From the NCBI GenBank assembly GCA_964457735.1, contig CAYWFW010000078.1, forward strand, positions 1 through 31,202: 31,202 nt of DNA, written 5' to 3'. This document shows positions 25,819-31,202 of this stretch, piece by piece. Position numbers and translations under genes: made by a program. The DNA is from an uncultured Sulfurovum sp. (GTDB taxonomy: Bacteria > Campylobacterota > Campylobacteria > Campylobacterales > Sulfurovaceae). Numbering within the stretch: the first letter of the stretch is position 1; each line of letters begins with the position of its first letter. A model generated the notes under the pieces. The model saw only the letters and a list, made by a program, of their open reading frames with translations, searched no databases and had not been told where the DNA came from.

Positions 25819-26647
25819 ACTCTAACTCCATTTCCTTATTTCTTCTTTTTATTGTAAGCGTTAAATTTTCAATAGTATCTATCTCTTTATATAAAGATAC
25901 TGCACTTGAATAACTATCAAGCTCTTCACCATTTACAGCCATAATCGTATCACCTCTTTGAATCCCAAGTTTTTCAAAATCACTACCTTTTTTAACAAAT
26001 TTAACCTTAAATCCATTAACAACATCTCCATTTCTAACAGCATTTATACCAATATCTTTCCAAATACTTTTGCTATCTTTTTTATAGTTTTGAAGAAGCC
26101 CTCTTTTTACTATTTTTGTATATCCATCATCTACAATTGCAGGAGTATCGTCATCTTTTGCCCCTTTTCTTTGAGGAACTTCCCTTACCATTGATTTGAT
26201 ATTTGAATTTACTGACTTACTTTTTTTAATAAATTGAACCGTATAACTTTTACCATTCTTTGTAAAAATTGCATAATCTCTTGTAGCACTACTTAAGGTA
26301 AAGCCATTAATCTCTTCACCTTTTGCCAAAACCTTTATTTTAGCTTTTGATTGTACAGTTACAACTAATCTATCTGCTGAATTATATATTGCCAAAAGCT
26401 TAATACTATTAATACTACTTTGTGGTTTTTGTATAACTTTTGCAACTTTTGGTGCAACAGATTTACTATTTTTAGATAAATTTAGACGATAATATAATGC
26501 TTTTGCTTTTTTATTGGATAAAAGCTCTTGACCAGATGATGGTAAAAACATAGCTGTAATAACAACATATATTAATTTAATCACCAACATCACTATCAAA
26601 ATAGGTATCATATTTTTAATACTCTCTGCATTAAATATTTTTTTCAT
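25805..26647 (-). CDS. gspC: T2SS GspC-like protein (TM + HR + PDZ)
   Basis: N-terminal TM helix, an HR-like region, and a C-terminal PDZ (KLGIQRGDTIMAVNG...LTIKR). Immediately upstream of gspD. Confidence 0.85.
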   Translation of the reverse strand: MKKIFNAESIKNMIPILIVMLVIKLIYVVITAMFLPSSGQELLSNKKAKALYYRLNLSKNSKSVAPKVAKVIQKPQSSINSIKLLAIYNSADRLVVTVQSKAKIKVLAKGEEINGFTLSSATRDYAIFTKNGKSYTVQFIKKSKSVNSNIKSMVREVPQRKGAKDDDTPAIVDDGYTKIVKRGLLQNYKKDSKSIWKDIGINAVRNGDVVNGFKVKFVKKGSDFEKLGIQRGDTIMAVNGEELDSYSSAVSLYKEIDTIENLTLTIKRRNKEMELEYEIK

Positions 26648-27146
26648 AATACCATCCTTTTTCCCCTTTTTTCATAAAAGGTGCTAGATATTTTGTCCCA
26701 TTTATATCTGACATTTCTACTCTTATTTTATTATCTATCATCCGTATTTTGACCTCTTTTAAAATATCATCCAATTGAGCTGTTAAGCTTAAACTATCAA
26801 ACGAAAAAATATTATGAGATATTTTAATATTAAGAGTTTTAATTGGAGCAAAAGGTTTTACCATATCACTTAAAGATACATCATAGATTGTTACTATTGA
26901 ATAAAATAAAAAGGAGCTGATATTTAACTCTCCAATTGTAGCTACATCAAGACCAGAATATGAAAGTTTTGCATCTTTAACACTTAAGCTAAAAAATCCA
27001 TCATCTATACTCTCTTCATAAACCACAATAGAGTTATCTTTTAGTTTCTCTTCTAGCAGATAATATAGTTCTCTTTTTGGTGAGAAGACCACAATAGATA
27101 AGAATATTACTAGAATAATTATAGATATTTTTTTTACCATTTGCAT
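26631..27146 (-). CDS. T2SS accessory protein, GspN-like
   Basis: N-terminal TM (FLSIVVFSPK) and a beta-rich periplasmic part. It sits between the M-like gene and gspC. The letter is assigned from position only. Confidence 0.5.
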   Translation of the reverse strand: MQMVKKISIIILVIFLSIVVFSPKRELYYLLEEKLKDNSIVVYEESIDDGFFSLSVKDAKLSYSGLDVATIGELNISSFLFYSIVTIYDVSLSDMVKPFAPIKTLNIKISHNIFSFDSLSLTAQLDDILKEVKIRMIDNKIRVEMSDINGTKYLAPFMKKGEKGWYYEKNI

Positions 27147-27544
27147 TTTAACTCCATATTATATAAATCATTATCCTTTTTAACATCAATAAGAGTTATC
27201 TCAACTGCTATATTAGATATTTTTTGAAGTAAAGTAGATAGTTCCTTGATTGTTAAATTAATAAATCTTGCTTTTAGCTTTTTACTCTTAATAGAAAATG
27301 ATTTTACTTTTGAACTATTTACCATCATTTTAAGTTTTGGAACTTTTGCAGATAGCTTTTTATCTCCCCATAAATCTTTTAAAGATGATATTTTAGACAC
27401 AGAAGATAATGATAAAGCCACCTCTTTTTTTCCGATTTCAAAACTATTAATTTTATCTGTTTTGTATATATAAGCAGATAGCATAAACAAGATAGAGACT
27501 AATAAAATAATCTCATTTTGATATTTCTTTAAATTTATATTCAT
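27134..27544 (-). CDS. T2SS platform protein, GspM-like
   Basis: Single TM, a coiled coil and a short ferredoxin-like C-terminus. It follows the L-like gene. Confidence 0.55.
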   Translation of the reverse strand: MNINLKKYQNEIILLVSILFMLSAYIYKTDKINSFEIGKKEVALSLSSVSKISSLKDLWGDKKLSAKVPKLKMMVNSSKVKSFSIKSKKLKARFINLTIKELSTLLQKISNIAVEITLIDVKKDNDLYNMELKCKW

Positions 27545-28479
27545 ATTTTATTTTCCAATTCTATATAAGTATTATTTTTGATAGATTTTATTTTTAAACC
27601 TAAGCTCTCAGCTTTTTGTTTAACTTTTTGATATATACCAGCTGTTTTGGTTTCTAAAACAACTTTTTGAATAGAACCTTTTAGAGTTATTTCAGATAAT
27701 ATTGCACCACCTCTTATTGGAGATGATAAATTTTTTAAAAAATCTCTTATTGCTCTTTGTTCTAAATCAATCTTTTGATATTTTTTTTCTATACTATCTC
27801 TACTATATTTACTGGCTAAAGATGGATAATCTTGAAATTTTTGAGTAAGTTTATCTTGTGATAAGGTGAACTCTTTTGAATATTGAGTACCTTCAAAAAT
27901 AAATATAAAAGCAAATAGCACAAATATTGCCGAAATAATTATTGAGCTTTTTTGACTGATAAGTGATAGAGATTCTCCTGATATTGAAATACCTCCACTT
28001 GAAGGAGTAAAGGAATTATCTAAATAAGCATACCGTTTAGCCTTGTCTAAAGCATTTTTTGGAATAATAGTGACTGTACCATTTAAAAGACCAATAGCTT
28101 TTTTATCATCAAGTGATATTGGAGTGGAAAATTTATCTCTTACTTGTTGAGAAAAATATATCTTGTTAATTAAATCTAACTCTATACCACAATCAATAGC
28201 AAATGATTTTATTCTCTCTTCATCAAAAGCCACAAAAACCCATTTATCATCCTCTTTAAAAACGCTAAATTTATGATTTTTATTATGAGGTAATAGGTCA
28301 TCCATAACAGCAGGGGCAATTTTAAGAGCTTGATGTTTATATTTAATATCTAACGACTCTTTTTTAATTGTATAAAATTGAGGTGAAAGGAGAAGATTGA
28401 TAGATTTATCGTGTGTAATTCGTTGCATATTTATATGAAATAGGATTAAATCCTTATTCTTATTGAGTTTGAAATTCAA
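27541..28479 (-). CDS. T2SS platform protein, GspL-like
   Basis: Cytoplasmic N-terminal domain, central TM (SIIISAIFVLFAFIFIF) and a periplasmic coiled coil. It lies in K-L-M order. Confidence 0.6.
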   Translation of the reverse strand: MNFKLNKNKDLILFHINMQRITHDKSINLLLSPQFYTIKKESLDIKYKHQALKIAPAVMDDLLPHNKNHKFSVFKEDDKWVFVAFDEERIKSFAIDCGIELDLINKIYFSQQVRDKFSTPISLDDKKAIGLLNGTVTIIPKNALDKAKRYAYLDNSFTPSSGGISISGESLSLISQKSSIIISAIFVLFAFIFIFEGTQYSKEFTLSQDKLTQKFQDYPSLASKYSRDSIEKKYQKIDLEQRAIRDFLKNLSSPIRGGAILSEITLKGSIQKVVLETKTAGIYQKVKQKAESLGLKIKSIKNNTYIELENKI

Positions 28480-29344
28480 AATTGTCTACCTTTTTATCTG
28501 TGTAATTAAAACTAAATCTGTATGATTGGCTATTATAATTATAGGTTGTACTACATTGCATATGTTTTATTGCCGAAGAGGAAAATAGTTTTTTATCATA
28601 TAAAGTCATATCTCCATCACTATCTCGCAGAAATTTAACCAAAGAGCTTCCCTCTACCCAATTTTCCAAAACATCTTCTATCTCTATATTAAAAAACAAA
28701 GATATAAAATCAGCTGATAGATATTGCTCATCTATTAATGAATTTTTATCTACAAAAGAGAGATATTTATCCCAAGGAATAGAAAATACCTTGCTATCTC
28801 CAGTTTGAAATTGATACTCTTTTAATATATTATTAAACTGCTTTTCTGAATGAATAAATTTTTTTTCTTTTATTCTTGATGGAATATTATATAAAACTTT
28901 ATCACCTTCAAGTGCTTGATATATCAATTCCATCAACTTTGAACCATGTTCAATATCATATTTATCTATAATTAAATCTAGCATATGATTAATAAAATCA
29001 AACTCTTTTACCTTTGTTTTATCATCTTTTAAAGATAACCAATTTATATCAATACCATTACTTGTTGGATTACAATTAATATTCATATAAAACTCACCAC
29101 CCTCTTCTTGAATGACCACTGGCAAAAGATACATAGTGGAAATTACCGAATTAGCCTCTTTTGAACCAAGAAGAGAAACTAAAACCTTAGATATATCTTT
29201 ATATAAAATATTAGCCTGTATTAAAGCTGACATATCAGTTGAATTTTGTTTGGCTTTATCAAGATAAGAAAACGATATACCAATAAGAGTGATAAGAGTC
29301 GTGATAACTCCTAGTGTAATTAAAAGGGCTACTCCTCTTCTCAT
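28460..29344 (-). CDS. gspK: T2SS minor pseudopilin GspK-like
   Basis: N-terminus MRRG|VALLITLGVI is a GspK-type prepilin site lacking Glu+5. 294 aa, first gene of the operon. Confidence 0.7.
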   Translation of the reverse strand: MRRGVALLITLGVITTLITLIGISFSYLDKAKQNSTDMSALIQANILYKDISKVLVSLLGSKEANSVISTMYLLPVVIQEEGGEFYMNINCNPTSNGIDINWLSLKDDKTKVKEFDFINHMLDLIIDKYDIEHGSKLMELIYQALEGDKVLYNIPSRIKEKKFIHSEKQFNNILKEYQFQTGDSKVFSIPWDKYLSFVDKNSLIDEQYLSADFISLFFNIEIEDVLENWVEGSSLVKFLRDSDGDMTLYDKKLFSSSAIKHMQCSTTYNYNSQSYRFSFNYTDKKVDNFEFQTQ

Positions 29345-29401
29345 TAAATTAAAATCCTATTTTATTATTATAAAAACTGTAGTTTAATAAAATATTACCC
29401 A

Positions 29402-29448
29402 AATTATACTAAAAACTATACAAAGTTTGAGTATAATTATAAAATAAC
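29402..29448. promoter_or_regulatory. Divergent TATAAT -10 boxes between gspK and gspG
   Basis: AATTATACT (29402-29410) and AGTATAATT (29440-29448) form a perfect 9-bp inverted repeat. Each arm contains TATAAT pointing to one operon. Confidence 0.4.
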
Positions 29449-29483
29449 TACAAAAATCATAAAAACATCAAAAAGGAATTATA

Positions 29484-29921
29484 TTGAATAATCATAAAAA
29501 TTTTAAAATAAAAAAAGCGTTCTCATTGCTAGAATTATTAGTAGTAATCGTTATACTTGGAATTTTAGCCTCATTCGTAGCTCCTGCTCTTATTGGTCAA
29601 GGTGAAGCTGCAAAAAGAAAATTAGTATGTATTCAGATGGATACTATTGGTGAAGCATTAAAGATGTTTAAACTAGATAATGGGATGTATCCTGATACAG
29701 AAGAGGGGATAGAGGCACTACTTGTGAATCCTGATGCAGATAAATATCCAAACTATTCAAATGCAGGATATATGGAATCTATACCAAAAGATTCGTGGCA
29801 AACAACTTTTGCATATATCAAAACAGATACAAAATATGAGATAATAAGTTTTGGAGCTGATAGAAAAGAGGGTGGAATAGAAGATGCTCAAGATATATTT
29901 TTAACTAAATGTTCAAAATAG
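29484..29921 (+). CDS. gspG: T2SS major pseudopilin GspG
   Basis: TTG start after the SD AAGGA. KKAF|SLLELLVVIVILGILA; LKMFKLDNGMYP; PKDSW; SFGADRKEGG...DI Ca-binding-type tail. Confidence 0.92.
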   Translation: MNNHKNFKIKKAFSLLELLVVIVILGILASFVAPALIGQGEAAKRKLVCIQMDTIGEALKMFKLDNGMYPDTEEGIEALLVNPDADKYPNYSNAGYMESIPKDSWQTTFAYIKTDTKYEIISFGADRKEGGIEDAQDIFLTKCSK

Positions 29922-29928
29922 ATATAAT

Positions 29929-30447
29929 ATGGAAAAGTACACAAAACAAAGATATGGTTTTTCATTATTAGAGCTTATTATTGTTGTACTTTTAATATCA
30001 ATCGCAACTGGACTTGTTATTAATAATATAGGAACTAAAAAAAAGATAACCAATGAACTTACACCTCTAAATTTACGAGAAAATATGGTTAAACTATTAG
30101 GTAATGGTGGTGATTTTTTTTGTATCTCAAAATGTCAAGAGTGTTATTATGCAAATACAGCATATAAAGGGCAACTCAAACTTGGAGAGATTGAAGCATA
30201 TATATTAGATGATTCTGATAACCTTCAAAAGATAGATTTTGGGCGAATAGATGATGAAAAGGTCTGCTTAAGATACAGAGTTTATCCAAATCATAGTAGT
30301 TCAAAAATGGTTCTTAAAAATAATGAAGGTGTTTATCTTTTACCATCATATTTTGGTAAAACTCAAAAAATTAGAGATTTGCAAGAGGCAGAAGAGTTAT
30401 GGCTAAAAGATACAGATATAGCATCAAATCAAGGAGATTTTTATTGA
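29929..30447 (+). CDS. T2SS minor pseudopilin (GspH-like)
   Basis: RYG|FSLLELIIVVLLI prepilin motif, directly after gspG. Confidence 0.7.
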   Translation: MEKYTKQRYGFSLLELIIVVLLISIATGLVINNIGTKKKITNELTPLNLRENMVKLLGNGGDFFCISKCQECYYANTAYKGQLKLGEIEAYILDDSDNLQKIDFGRIDDEKVCLRYRVYPNHSSSKMVLKNNEGVYLLPSYFGKTQKIRDLQEAEELWLKDTDIASNQGDFY

Positions 30448-30866
30448 GATTAAAATTAAAAAAATCAAATAAAAAAGCTTTTACAATAATTGAACTTCTA
30501 GTATCTGTAGTTCTTATCTCTATCGTTATTGCTGCTATCTTGCAAATGCAACAACAAACGCGTGATATGGCAGTTTATATATCAGACAGATCTAAATCAG
30601 AATTTACAAATACCCTTTTTACAATTGATGAAAGCGAACAATATCATAATAGTGAAAAAGATGCTTATACTATAATTGCACAATCTTTTAGATTTAATGA
30701 CTTTAAAAATAAAGAGATATTAGAGAAAAAAAAGAAAAATATATTTGTTACAGATGCGTTAAAATTAGTTGAGATAGAGGATATGCCACCAATCCCATTT
30801 GAAGTAAAAAAGATTATGCTAAAAGGTAATTCATCTTCTATATTTTATAGATTTAACCAGAAATAG
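30444..30866 (+). CDS. T2SS minor pseudopilin (GspI-like)
   Basis: KKAF|TIIELLVSVVLI prepilin motif. The probable start is TTG 30444, which overlaps the upstream stop (TTGA) and follows SD AAGGAG at 30431-30436. The ORF track starts at 30399. Confidence 0.7.
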   Translation: MRLKLKKSNKKAFTIIELLVSVVLISIVIAAILQMQQQTRDMAVYISDRSKSEFTNTLFTIDESEQYHNSEKDAYTIIAQSFRFNDFKNKEILEKKKKNIFVTDALKLVEIEDMPPIPFEVKKIMLKGNSSSIFYRFNQK

Positions 30867-30911
30867 GGTCAGGTGACAATTCACTACTTTTAAACTAAAA
30901 ACTGCTATACT
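30865..30911 (+). promoter_or_regulatory. Putative end motif and extended -10 promoter of the Y1 transposase
   Basis: AGGGTCAG followed by a GTGA-CAAT-TCAC mini-hairpin (30865-30884). TG-C-TATACT at 30903-30911. SD AAGGAG at 30921-30926. Confidence 0.4.
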
Positions 30912-30934
30912 ATTCCTAAAAAGGAGTTATCAAA

Positions 30935-31202
30935 ATGGCAAGAAAACTAAGAGTAAATTTAGCAGGTTTTCATCATATTGTAAATAGAGGTGTAGCAAGA
31001 GATAATATATATAAATGAGCAATATCTCTATGACCTTTTTCGCTATATAGAACATAACCCAATAGAGGCAAAAATAACTCAAAAAGTTGGAGAATACCCA
31101 TTTACACTATTAGCAACTATTTTAAATGATAATCAAGATATAATACCTTGTGCTTTGCATTCTAAATTGAAAAAAGAGATAGAATATGAGGGGATACAAG
31201 AG
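30935..31202 (+). pseudogene. RAYT/IS200-like (Y1 HUH) transposase with an internal deletion and frameshift; runs off the right edge
   Basis: Frame 1 reads MARKLRVNLAGFHHIVNRGVARDNIYK and stops at TGA 31016-31018. The shifted frame from 31014 reads NEQYLYDLFRYIEHNPIEAKITQKVGEYPFT. These match the family's N-terminal MARxxR...HxxxRG and C-terminal YIxxNP...YPxS/T motifs. The middle, including the HUH motif, is missing. Confidence 0.85.

Noticed and set aside
24185-27473. Plus-strand ORFs within the gsp genes (24185-24373, 24722-24970, 25087-25356, 25958-26194, 27246-27473)
   Set aside because: They are antisense shadows of gspD, gspC and the M-like gene.

Overview
AT-rich bacterial DNA that looks like Campylobacterota, possibly Sulfurovum/Sulfurimonas-like (inferred from gene style, not proven). 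From left to right: the 5' part of rnr (RNase R); an exported thioredoxin-fold protein; a metallo-beta-lactamase/GAF/HD-GYP phosphodiesterase; pgsA; an alpha/beta hydrolase; an orphan AddB-like Fe-S PD-(D/E)XK nuclease; and a 4,509-aa surface adhesin. The adhesin has a signal peptide, 8 DUF11-like domains, 23 SdrD-B-like repeats, 3 Big_9-like domains, 3 CshA-like repeats and a Cys-rich C-terminal membrane anchor. A c-di-GMP-I (GEMM) riboswitch lies in its 5' leader. Next comes a rearranged type II secretion cluster (K-L-M-N-C-D-E-J on minus, G-H-I on plus, no gspF or gspO in the window) and an internally deleted RAYT/IS200-like transposase at the right edge. Two things stand out. First, a candidate c-di-GMP-gated system in which T2SS may deliver a giant adhesin that is probably heavily N-glycosylated and carries a candidate sorting tail. 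Second, a REP-like hairpin family (core GAGGCTAAAGCCATC) that occurs between genes and is also inserted in frame into three unrelated proteins, two of the insertions bounded by direct repeats. All assignments come from manual motif recognition; no database searches were run.
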